From: Botryllus schlosseri
Lineage: Eukaryota
Direction: 5' to 3'
DNA length: 60,000 nt
Assembly: GCA_051294905.1 (NCBI GenBank)
Contig: CM119372.1
Coordinates: 3,722,001 to 3,782,000, forward strand
Position 1 is the first letter of the stretch. Every line of letters begins with the position of its first letter. The translations under genes were made by a program, and so were the position numbers. Below are positions 25,301 through 37,300 of this stretch, piece by piece. The notes under the pieces are model-generated. The model was not told the DNA's origin. It searched no databases and worked only from the letters and a program-made list of their open reading frames with translations.

Positions 25301-28300
25301 AGACCAGTTGAGGCGAACCAATCTAATTAGTAAAATTTTCTATGCAATCTAATTACTCGTTTTCTTGAAAATTCTACAGGAGAACTGTAGTGTGAAACCA
25401 GCGTGGAAAATATAGTATTTACGATGGCAAATTCTTCAATTAGATCTATCCACCGTAAATACTATGATTTGAAATCCTAAATTTTCAACATCAATAACTT
25501 GGCTTCTACACGTTGGAATCGATCCAAATTTCTTGTGCATCCATTTTTTAGGCAACCTAACAATTTTATCAAGTAGCCTGTACAATTTGAAAAAAAAAGT
25601 TATTTTTTAACGGCCCTAGTGTACAGAAATTTACCAATGTCATGCTCTTGAGAATGAGTTTTGATTCTGGTTGAACTTTGATTTTTTTTGCATTGATTGA
25701 TCGCATGTGTGATAAAAAGACTACTCCAAGTCGTTTTGACACCTTCTAACTATTTTTTTGGTACCGTATATCACAATTTCATGGAGCTTTTGAATTGATA
25801 AAAATGTCAACACGGTGACTGAATGACATTCAGTAACGCTGGTATGTGTAACAAAAACCACTCGGACCGGAACTCACTTTAAAATCTCTTCCTTCTCCGT
25901 TTTCCTGGCAAACACCAGATCGCTGCATTTGTTTTGGAGCTTGATCAGCAACTCTGTCAGGTCGTTGTAGAACTTTTGTCCTTCCTGGAGAATAAGCGGT
26001 AGGGTGGTGACATTGTAGAATCAAATCAAAGAAATGCACATAGGCTAGTAATACTGGGCAAAATCGAGGACCTGACTGCTTCGTTTCCGAGTATAATTGA
26101 AAGTTACGAGTCAGGTCAAGTATTCCATCACCATTCAACGTTTAAGAACGTTATGTTTTTACGACTACAGTAAAATTCAATGCCAGTTGCCCATTTAGAA
26201 AATAATTTCGTATTTACGAGCACGATTATCCCAAAGCGCTTCGCGACTATACTGGAAGCAGATCACAGAAATTCCACGCTTACAAGAATATTCGCACCCT
26301 TGTGCTGGATATTTCAATGTTGCGATACGTCCAATCGCGGTTTTCTGACTCCCGCAGTAGACAAGAAACTCGTTAGTGGCAACGCAGCATGAAGTTGCTA
26401 CTCAAGAGTGTACTTCTACCTTACAATTTCGTGGGGTAGCCACTAAAATTTGAAAATTTATATATTTAATTTCATCAAGTAAATCCAAATTTTTTTTTCG
26501 TATATAGCAATGCTTCTTCTATAGGTTGGAATTAAGCCAAAATTGGTGCGCAGCGTTTTATCAGGAAACCTTACCAAGTAGCCAGTAAAATGTTAAAAGA
26601 AAAACTCATTTTGTTCAACCTGTTCATACTTGTTTCAAATTTCAGCGTGCAAATCTCCGAGCCTGTCTAGGTACCGAGTATTGCCATACCTGTAAATTCG
26701 AAAGAACTTCCATGTAGCCATCGTGGGCCGCCGCGATTTTCTTGAGGACCTCGTCGCGGTTATTGCCGCCTCCGCCTGATTTCAGCACCCTAAACTGTTC
26801 GCTGGCTCTCTGCCAAAAGACAAACAATGTTACGTTTTCAAGCGCGTGATTATTAGACTATATAAAAGACACTGTGGCTGAATAGCACGCCCGTACCGCA
26901 AACACATCGAGCATACAATGATTTGTTAAAACCGGCGGTGGTATAAGATCCCACAAAAATTCATTATCGCCATGCTCAATTGCCCATGTCATCAAGGAAT
27001 ACATAACCATCTTAAGTGTCATAGAAAGAATGATTTTTTCATCATTTTTTTCACAAACTCTGCACTTGAATAATGTATTCATATTGAAATAAACCGAATA
27101 TTTTTAGCTGACACTCGTCAGGGGTAATCGTCAGCAACTAGTAGAGAACTGGAAAAAACACTGTATGTCAACAATCATATCACAATCGTATAAACTACGG
27201 GTGGGACATAATTCGGTGTGATGCGAGTGTGTCGAGTTCTTTGTAGATTAAATCTATGGCACGGCCTATATAGTAGAGGCAATTTAAGTAATGCTGATTA
27301 TATTTTCAGAGGTGCTGTCAAGTCGGGACTGTCAGGTTATACATGATGTCTTATCCAGCAATATCAGGCTAAAAAACTATCCCAAGTCGATAACCTCCGA
27401 TCTCGCAAGATTAAAAAGTCGCGCCATAAATAAACTAATAAACAAAATAGGAGGACATGATATATCTTTCGTATTAGGCCTATTGCAGATGCGATTGTGT
27501 AGGCCGACTGATGATATCGTGCGCACCAGGCAAAGCAGATGCGATTGTGCTGGCCATCGATTGTATAGTGCGCACGGGGCCTATCACAGTTGCGATTCTC
27601 CAAGCCAGCGGAACTAGGCTTGTTGGAGACGTGATAAATCAGGTGACCGTTGCCGAAGAGCGCAGCAATCAATGACCTCATATCGCAATCATCTCAGCGG
27701 GAGATCGTGCCGCGTTACATTGTGCAGCGCAATATGCACAGACGAATGTCGCTAATTGGCAATACGCCTCTCGATAATTGGCCGCGTGCAACACTGATAA
27801 TACGACTTATTGAATTGCAACCGAGTAATAGCGTCAGAACAGTCATTTCACAAGGACGGGGTTTGGCGCTTCGACAGGCGGGGTATCGACCCCCAAACCC
27901 CTCCCCTGGCTATGCGCTTGGGATAGATGCACACAAACATGTCGGTTAATGCATTTATGTATAAAATAAGGGAATGAATGAATTACTTAAATGATGTGGT
28001 GCAGATATGTATGTAAACGGTCACAGTACAGGCCTTATCTAAAAAGTCATACAAGCCGTACTTGAATGAATGCTAGAAGACTGGGAATACCTGAATGTTT
28101 GCCAGAACAGATTCTTGCCGATGGACGGATCCAGTGACTTGCTCGATGAGAGGTTGATAGATGCGGTCAAGCTCCTCCACAGAAAGCGCTTCCTCGTTGA
28201 GAGCCCCGTCTGCCGCAAGAGCCTAAAATTCAAATTAATCAATCCCCAATCGGCGCAAAATCTGCATCGTCGTTTGAATCAATTTACCTGCGTGAATTTA

Positions 28301-31300
28301 TCGGCCATATCGCTGTTGGCAGAACCGATTTCGTTTTCGATAACTTCCCTCTCCGCTTTCAAGGTCTCCGCTTGTTCGCAAAGCTGACGCAACTCCACAA
28401 CCACCTAAGACAAAATCAAAATACCAACCACTGAAAATACTATTTTTCCCGCCATGAATGAGATTTAATTAAAATCAAAAAGATTTCCCACTCCGATAAC
28501 TTTGCGTTGGAGTTGAACAAATTTAATAATATGCATCGTTTTTCAAGCAACGTAACTATTTGATGTGATCCCTAGAGTAATTTGAAATTTTGTTTGCTAA
28601 ATCCCAAATATTCTACAATGGTTACTTCAATTCTGCAGGTTTGAATTGAGCCTATTCAAGCGTATCGTCTATATAGCCAACGACATAATTTCGTGGGACC
28701 TCCGGTAAAATTTTAAAATTATTCTATTTCTTCATTTAAATCCAAAATTTATCCTCCAGCAACTTCACTTCTGCGGGTAGGAATTGAGTCAAATTTGATG
28801 TGGAGCACTATTGGCAGGCCGTGTTATTTTTGGCATATGCCAAAACTGCCAAAAATAACTTATTTTTGGCATTTTTCGATTTTTATTTTTGGCAGTTTTG
28901 GCATCGTCCTCTAAATAGATAGTTTCAGCCTCGAATTAGTCACAAAAACGCTTTATTTGGGCTAGTTTGTCAAAAGCCACCACAAAATGCGCAGCATCCA
29001 CGTATAATCAGTGCCAACAAAATGTGCAGTATCCATCGGAATCGGTGCCAATAAGAAAAAAAAAACGAAAGAAAAGCCTAACAAACACGCTCAACAGCTG
29101 ATTGTAACAACAGCTGTTGAATAGACTTAAATCGTTTGCACTGTGCTTCCAAACTCAGGTCAGCTTAGTTTCTCCTAAATTCATTTCTCGCCAAGCGAAT
29201 CTGGGAAATATCGGCTTCAACAGTAGCCGTTGAGGGAAAAAACTTTGCCCGTCATCCACAAAAGATTTTCAGAGCTTCAAAATCTTTGGAGGGCCGAACC
29301 GGCTTCCATGCATCATGAAAAGAGATCACTTTGCCAGTGCCATCGATCTCATCGCGGAAAGAATTTTCTTCCCGATCCTTTTCCAGGAGTTTCCTGTGCT
29401 GTCTCTCAACACATTCTATTTAGTAGCCCGACTATCATTTCTCCTTCAGTCTACCGATATATTTTTGGAGGACTTTTGTCACTTCAGGTGGCTTTAATAT
29501 TACCAACTCGCATGGAAGAGTCCTGGGAAGGTTAGATTGTTTTAGAACATTGACACAACAAGACTGTCTGGCAAAACGAGACTATGCAGCTCAGAAATAG
29601 CCAGATAGTTTGTTGCGTCACAATGTTCAACTCGATCACAATGCAAACATCGTGGATTATTTTGGGGGTTCCAATTCCATGAGCAGAATATAATTTATAT
29701 TTTAATAATCAGTACTGCGGCAGCTTCTCATTGATACCCAATTTATCAAATTTAGCGCTCGACAAGCCGGTCAAAAATGGTCGTAAAATTGCCTTTGGAC
29801 AAATGGAAAGTATGACGTAAACCAAATGCAGTCAGCCGTTCAATCTCGCTGTGCCCACACCATTTAGGACACCATGCTTTCACCCCCAATGGGTGGGCTG
29901 GACCCAGATTAAGAAACCTGCCTTTCATAAACGCTCTTCTCGCTTGTAACGCGGTCCTGTTAACACAACACCATTAACGAAATACACTATTTGGCAGGCC
30001 GTGTTATTTTTGGCATTTTCAAATTTTTATTTTTGGCAGTTTTGGCATCTGGCTCCTGAAATGCCAAAAATAACACGGCCTGACTATTGGGCAACCCAGC
30101 AATTTCCAAGGTGCCCAGTAAAATTTGACCGAAAAAGGTCCTTGAACAAGCCCAGTGGTCAATGAAACTTGAGATTAATTACTGCACGAACACTGAACAG
30201 TCAAAAAGCAACATTTCTACAATCTCGAATCAAAAATGAACACGACTTTGTTTATAAAATATAACTGAGCCCTGCTGTGACAGCCAACAGTCCAACACCA
30301 TCTTGTATTTCAAAAATTAGTCAATATAAAATTACACATACATGCAATTCCAATTATGCAATACAGAAACATCTCTGCCCGATCGTTCAACTCACCGGGT
30401 TATCTTTCAAAGCGGCTACTTTGCTGGCAGAGGGTATCGAGCTTTTCAGTCTGTCGACCGGCATGCAGAGCAGCTCCATGCCTTCACGGTGTTTGCTGAC
30501 TTTCTCCTTAACGATGCCGTCGGCCGTTGTCGCATTTTGAATGATCTTGCCGTACTTGTCAACCTCTATAGAAATCGGGGCGGAGTGTCAAATAAAAATA
30601 TTTCGATTTCAGAAAAGCGGACTTGATAAACGGCGCCAAATATCAGATAATATATTTCTACTGTGGTTTTAGGTTCGTGCGATCTCGCAAAATGAACTAA
30701 TTCTGCCATATTTTATACTAGAAAGCTAGTTTTGGTGTAGTAACGTTTCTATCTTGATTCCATAGAGCATTGTCTTGAACACGAAAGGAAGAAACTTGTG
30801 AGCATATTGGAAACACATTCCCTTCAAGTTATTCAAATAAGGATGATGAGAGCATAAGGCGTACGAAAATTTCCAGCTTTTCCAAATGACATAAATGCTA
30901 GATTTTGGTTACAGTTTTTCCAAGCTCGGCTTGTTCTCCGGTGACATTTTCAGGACAACCAGAAAATAGATCAGAATCATAATGAGAACATACAAACATT
31001 TCACAAATTATATTAAAATTAGAATCAGAGCAAAGAAATGTTTCACAAATTAGATTGCGCTATAATTAGAATACTATAATTATCCAATTGTCTAAGTCTG
31101 GTGGACATGCGGTTGATTAAGATGCGTTGTAGAGAAGATAATTTTATGGCTATCACATACAACCAATGAAATAAAGGCAGCGTTGGTTGAGTTAGTGCAG
31201 ACTTATTATCGATTAATGGCAATCAAGTTTGGCTGTGAACCGCTGCGACTAAAACAAAGCGCGGACATTGAAACCTGAGATTAATCGCTTCATCAACAGA

Positions 31301-34300
31301 AGCGATACCACAGTCTCGTATCAGAAATTGTCAATGAAAGACATTGTTGTCGTTGCAGGTTCTAAAGAAGGTCTATTGATCTGACGAGTTTCCAAAATGA
31401 ACGCAGCTTCATTGATAAAATATAGCACAGCCATAATGTCAGGAGCAAGCATTGAATCAAATGGCAGTCAATTATAATTATTCGAAGAAATACCATTATT
31501 GGTGATAGACTGTTGATGTGCCAAGTCTTTGAATTATTCACTACTTGCTGACGATCACCCTTGACAAGTGTCAGGCTTCGACAGCTGAATAATTAGACTA
31601 ATTAGAATGAAATAATCTTAATCTAATTCTGATCGGTGAAATATTTCCATGCCCTCAATTTTAATTCTGATCTAATTTATGGCCTTGCTGAAAATGCTAC
31701 AGGAGAGCTGCATACCGGTAGCGTAAAACGACTTAAGCTTGGTGTACGAACATTGGCCATTCCCATGCTTACGAGGATGAACTCTGACTCGATACCAGCT
31801 GAACTTTGTTCAGGTGTCAAAGTTTCCGCGAATTCAGCAATTCTAATTCTAATCTTATTCCCAAAAGCTGTCTCTATTCCAGTTGTCCCAAGCCGGGCGA
31901 CTGTCACCCGAAAATGTTCGAGTTTATTCCAATACGAATAATTTATCCAGTTCCAATTATGCGATATATCAAAATCACAAAGACATGTGGTATCCGGAAT
32001 TTCATTTACGAGAATAACTTCAATACTGTGCCATAACAAATAGCCTGTTGAACACCTCACCTTGTCTCAATGGTTGCGTGAGTTCGACGGACTTTGTCCT
32101 GGTCCATTTGGCGCCAAACTTGGCTCGTAGCTCGTCGTCGCTGGCCTGTTCCTCGTTCAGCATTCTGGTGACCTATAAGATGCAAAGAGCTTGACGCTTA
32201 GTCTAATCAAATGATAACTAACGCGCACCATGAAAAGGAAATTTGGAAATGGAAAGGACATTTTTGTGTAGTGACATTGTAACAAAATACTTTTAGTGAT
32301 AGATTAACAATCGTCAAAATATTGATTTTTGGTCTGTGTAACTGGAATCATCATTCTGATTTTAGGAAAGGTACACATTTGAATTTTCTAAATCATTCAT
32401 AATGTACGTGATGTCATAATGAATGGTACTCAAGTAATGGACTTGAAGCTCCATATACGATTCGTAATCAAATCGGTTAAAAGAGAAACAACGAGCGTAT
32501 AATTTCAGTACACGATAACACCATCTCTCACTAAATCGTATCGAATCATTAAAATTAATACTCTATTCAGATTAAAGTACTCAAATCATTGTACCCATCA
32601 ACAACAATAACACAAAACCATACCTCGTTCAAAATCTGTTCGTTACGTTGCAAGCTCTCCGGCAAGTCTCTCTGCAGAGTGTCGATGGCTTGGACGCCGC
32701 CCTTGCTGAGAACCGCCTGCGATTTTTCAAGGATGGACGGGGGAAGCTGATCGCCGCCAGACGCGTCTTCTAGCGACGCAGGCAAATTCAAAGACGACAT
32801 CACTCTAAAAGGATAAAAAAAAGTAACGTAAAACAGTTATTTTGCGCAGATGCGGTCAAAGTTAGTAAGTAGTCAATGTTGATACTCAGGTTGAAGGCGC
32901 AATAACGTCGTAAATTTACACTGGGTTGCAAGTAGAAGTAGCATTTCCAAGGCCTTCCAAAATATGGCTAGGTTAAAGACCGTTGCATCCGACATCAGGG
33001 TTGTAATGACTCGACTTGAGTCCGACTAGAGTCGCGATTTTCTGACGACTCGACTTGAACTCGAGTCATTGCGCGTGACTCGAACCAAGTCATTGGACTC
33101 GAGACTCAGATGGCCAAGACTGATGTTTCATTGTAATTTCGAAGAATAGCAAAGTGACCACACTATTGGCATTTCGACTATTGGTACTGGCACTTGAAAA
33201 TACGACCAGAAACTGCTAAAAGGACTCGAGACTCAGATGGCCAAGACTGACGTTTCATTGTAATTTCGAAGAATAGCAAAGTGACCACACTATTGGCATT
33301 TCGACTATTGGTACTGGCACTTGAAAATACGACCAGAAACTGCTAAAAGGGAGGAAAACTAGTATATTATGAATGCGAACCATTCGATATCACCAAACAC
33401 AGTTATAAAAAGTGGGTTTAACAAGAATTTAACTGGAAACTGAGCAGTCAACACAATGACTTGGACTCGGACTCGAGTCATAATACCATGACTCGGACTG
33501 TAGGACGTAGCAGTAGGACGCCGGAACTTCAATTGCATAATTACTAGGGCTGGGCAAAATCGAGTACCTGAGTGATTCGATTCAGAATCACGTATTATGC
33601 TTCGAGTCGAGTCGAGTATTCGAGTATCATTCATTATGACGTCAAAACAGAATGGAAGATGTCAAAGTTCAAATATGTACCTTTCATGCCACCCGAAAGT
33701 TATATAATACCTGTTATCCATCACAATAAAAATACTAAAAATATTTTTTCGACCTTACCGATTTCATTGCACTTAGTGACAATGTTGTGGGCTGGTCAAT
33801 TAAGGTTTAAAGGCTTGCACAGTGGAAAATAGTATCGAAACTATAATTCTCGTCGATAAATAACTTTCAGTGGTGAGGAGCGTGTAATTTCGGTACTCGA
33901 AAAAATCGTCTTTTACTACTCGACTCGAATCATTAAAATTATTACTCGATTCAGATTCGAGTACTCGAATCATTATGCCCAGCCCTAATAATTACCAAAA
34001 AATTGCGTGTTGCATTGCCGCAGAGCAGTGTTTCTCAAACTTTTTGTATACCCGTACCATTTCGAGCCTTCTTACTGAGCTCGTGTACCACCTTGTTATA
34101 TCGACCGTAACAGTGGCTTACAGCGCGAAAGTGACACTATTTTCGCTTGATCACAAGTCTATAGTGCCGAGAATAGTTTGTCACAAATTGTGTGACATGA
34201 AGGCAAGATTTGGTATGATGGATTTGTTATATTTGTTCATAAAAATTCGTCCAGCTGTTATAAAATGAGCTTTGAGCGCTTTTTGGAGTATATGAATCTC

Positions 34301-37300
34301 TCCTGGCTTGACTCCTGGTTGGATAATGGCGACCATCGATGCGCGTCTGATCAATTTCAACCACTGGCCATAGTTGCGCATACGAAGAGAGGAATCTAAC
34401 ATACTACATTGTTTGTACCATTAGGTCATTACTACATCAAGGATTCTCGGTAACTGGGAGACCATGAAACCCAGTGTTACTTGGATGCAAAGCAAATTAG
34501 AAATTTTGATCTAAATATTATTTTTTCAATTCATAAATTTGTAGGTTCGATGAAGTTACTCGTGTACCAGTTTGGATGCTTCCGCGTACCACATTTTGGG
34601 AGCCATTGCTTCAGAGGCCTAACAAACGTTCACAAAACGAAACTGATGTCTAAAATCGCAGCGAAACTTTTATCAGCCATTAAAATGCTAAGAGGATTAT
34701 TTACGGGGGAAATAAAGGAAACACGGCTCACCCATTGAGCAGGGTGGTCTGCTCTCTTAATCTGGCGACCTCCCTCTCAACGACCTCCTTCCTGCGATTC
34801 TCGAACGACTGCAGAGCGTTGTGAATCGAAAGCGGCAGCAGGCTGGTGAATGTGTCTGTGTGTGAGAGAGAGAGAGAGAGAGTAAGCAATTCGTCAACTA
34901 CAAACTCGAAACATAATTCCCACATGAAATTTCTGTGGCAATTCACGATACCAGATGTGGTCAAATTTGAAGAAGTCAGCAGTGCTACTCAAGTAGGATT
35001 AGTGCATCAGATTTTGTCGTTTGTCCTTTTATATTATCTGCTTTCACTTTTCATTCAGCGTGCATGCCTCCTCTTACATCACCTCGACCCAGGTCTGATT
35101 TCAAAGACTACTCCAAGTCGTTTCGACCCTTCCTATCTTATCATTGTATCGCAATCTTGTGGTGCATTGAAATGATAAAATTATTAATAAACTAATACTG
35201 ATACTGAAGAAACGTCATAAATTTGTGTAACTACAACTACAAGTAGAAGAAGCAATCTCAAAAACATGTCAAAACTACTTTGAAGTAGAGGTAGCAAATC
35301 AAAATGTGAAAAATACTTCAGCAATTAGTTTCAAAAGGTACATTTGGTTAACAGATCACATAATTTCAGCAGTTAACCGCCTTCAAAATTGCAAGAACTC
35401 TCTTCTTGACTAACGCAGAATGACCAACGACACCACAAGCTGGTGCAATTTCTTGAAACATATTCAGTTACCATAATACAGGACTCGGGTGTCATTAAAA
35501 TTTCACTCATCAAAGTCACGAGATCGCATCCCAAAACCAGATTACACTTCGCAAAATCCAAGGTGTAAAAGTTTGTATTTCTTCCCAAAAAACTGTCAAG
35601 TAGAAGTAGAAGTAGCCAAAACACATGATTAAGTACTAAGAAGTACTACATGTAGGCAAAATGTACTTTGTTACCGCCCACCTCTGCATGAAACAGACAC
35701 ATTCCCTTTTATCGTTCTACCTCACCTGTGAATTTAGCACTGAGAACTTCCGAAGTGTTGAAGTCTTTAGGCTTGGCGATGACCGCTTTCCCGATAGGTT
35801 GGAGCGCCGATTCTTTTGGAATTGTATCGTGATAGATAAAGTCGTTCTCTTTGCCAGATGCCTATAAACGGAGAGCATCGCAAAGTTAACACTGATGCAT
35901 AGCAGGCCGCAAAAATTCATTTCCAGCGATTGAATCCGAAGCTAACCTGCAGCTGAGTCGTGACTTTGGTACCGAAATCTTTCGCCGACCACCCTGGGAG
36001 CAGGTCGTTACCTTTAGCAAGTGCTTTCAGCATGGGCTCCACTTTCTGAAACATAGCACAGGTGTAAACTTATGTTGCTGCTTAGGGATTCAACTTCTTC
36101 ATTGCATATGGCTGGGAGTTGTATTGGCTGGTTAACTAGTTGTTTTAAACCGATGAAGACAACAGGGAAGCACCATACAATGCTGGTTGCTGTAAGCAGG
36201 TCACGGCCAGTTGGAACATTTTGTCTCTATAGAAGTATCGATTTCTATTAATTTATCGCAGTTCCTGTATGAAAATTCAGACCAGACTAATGCAACAGTA
36301 ATAGCGGTGTCAAAGACATAGGGGTGTTACTGTATCAATGTTAACGATCAATTTTGAAACACACGATTAAATTTTAAAAGAATCTAGCGGTAGTTGATCA
36401 AGATAACATGGTCCCTAGCGACAGACACATCAATGACAACAATTATACTTTATACTCCGGCCAAAAGAATATTTGGTTTCACAATTACAAAAATGACATG
36501 GTGCCAATTACGGTATGTTTCCGATGATCCATTCGACTTGACTTCTACCACAACTGGCCCCCACATAATGAGAGGCAACGTAAATTCTAAATTCACACTA
36601 AATTACAGCCTGTAATGCAGGCTAATATCCAGATATCAGCATGGTACTGCCTATAGCGTGTAAAAATGCGATTGATTACAGGTATATATCTATGCTTAGA
36701 TCATTTATACAGCCAGACATATGGAGTAGGCTATGAGGAAATGCAGAAGAGTGTAAATTCCTCACACATACAATCATCTTTCCAAGTGATCAACACAAGC
36801 AGGATATTTTACTAGATATAAACTGGATTGGATACAAATTTCCACAATACCATGATCAAGTACAATACGAATTGAGCTCATCCACTCACAAAATTTGCTT
36901 AACTATTTCACTTTAATCCACGAGCAGTGAAGTATTATCATAGTAAAAACGCTCCTGTTACTATGGTTAAGTGTGGATGCTACAGTAACTGATTATACCT
37001 TGCTTGCATGAATGAACCATTCAAGGACAAAGTTATGTTCATACACATCAGGAATGTATCCTTTCGCACAATGCCAAGTTAGGAATAATGAAAATTAGTG
37101 AACCATGGCCAGGCACAATTCATGAACAACCATGATATTAAGCGATCTGCACTTAGAAACTTATAAGAATGAGCCATTGAGCCTTACCCTTAAACGAGCA
37201 ATTTCTTCTCCGTATTTTTTAGCGTTGTGAGCAACTGTAGCTTGATGAAATTGGGCGAGGCACTGTAAAAACACCTTAGTTAGCAACACAAGTTTGAAGT

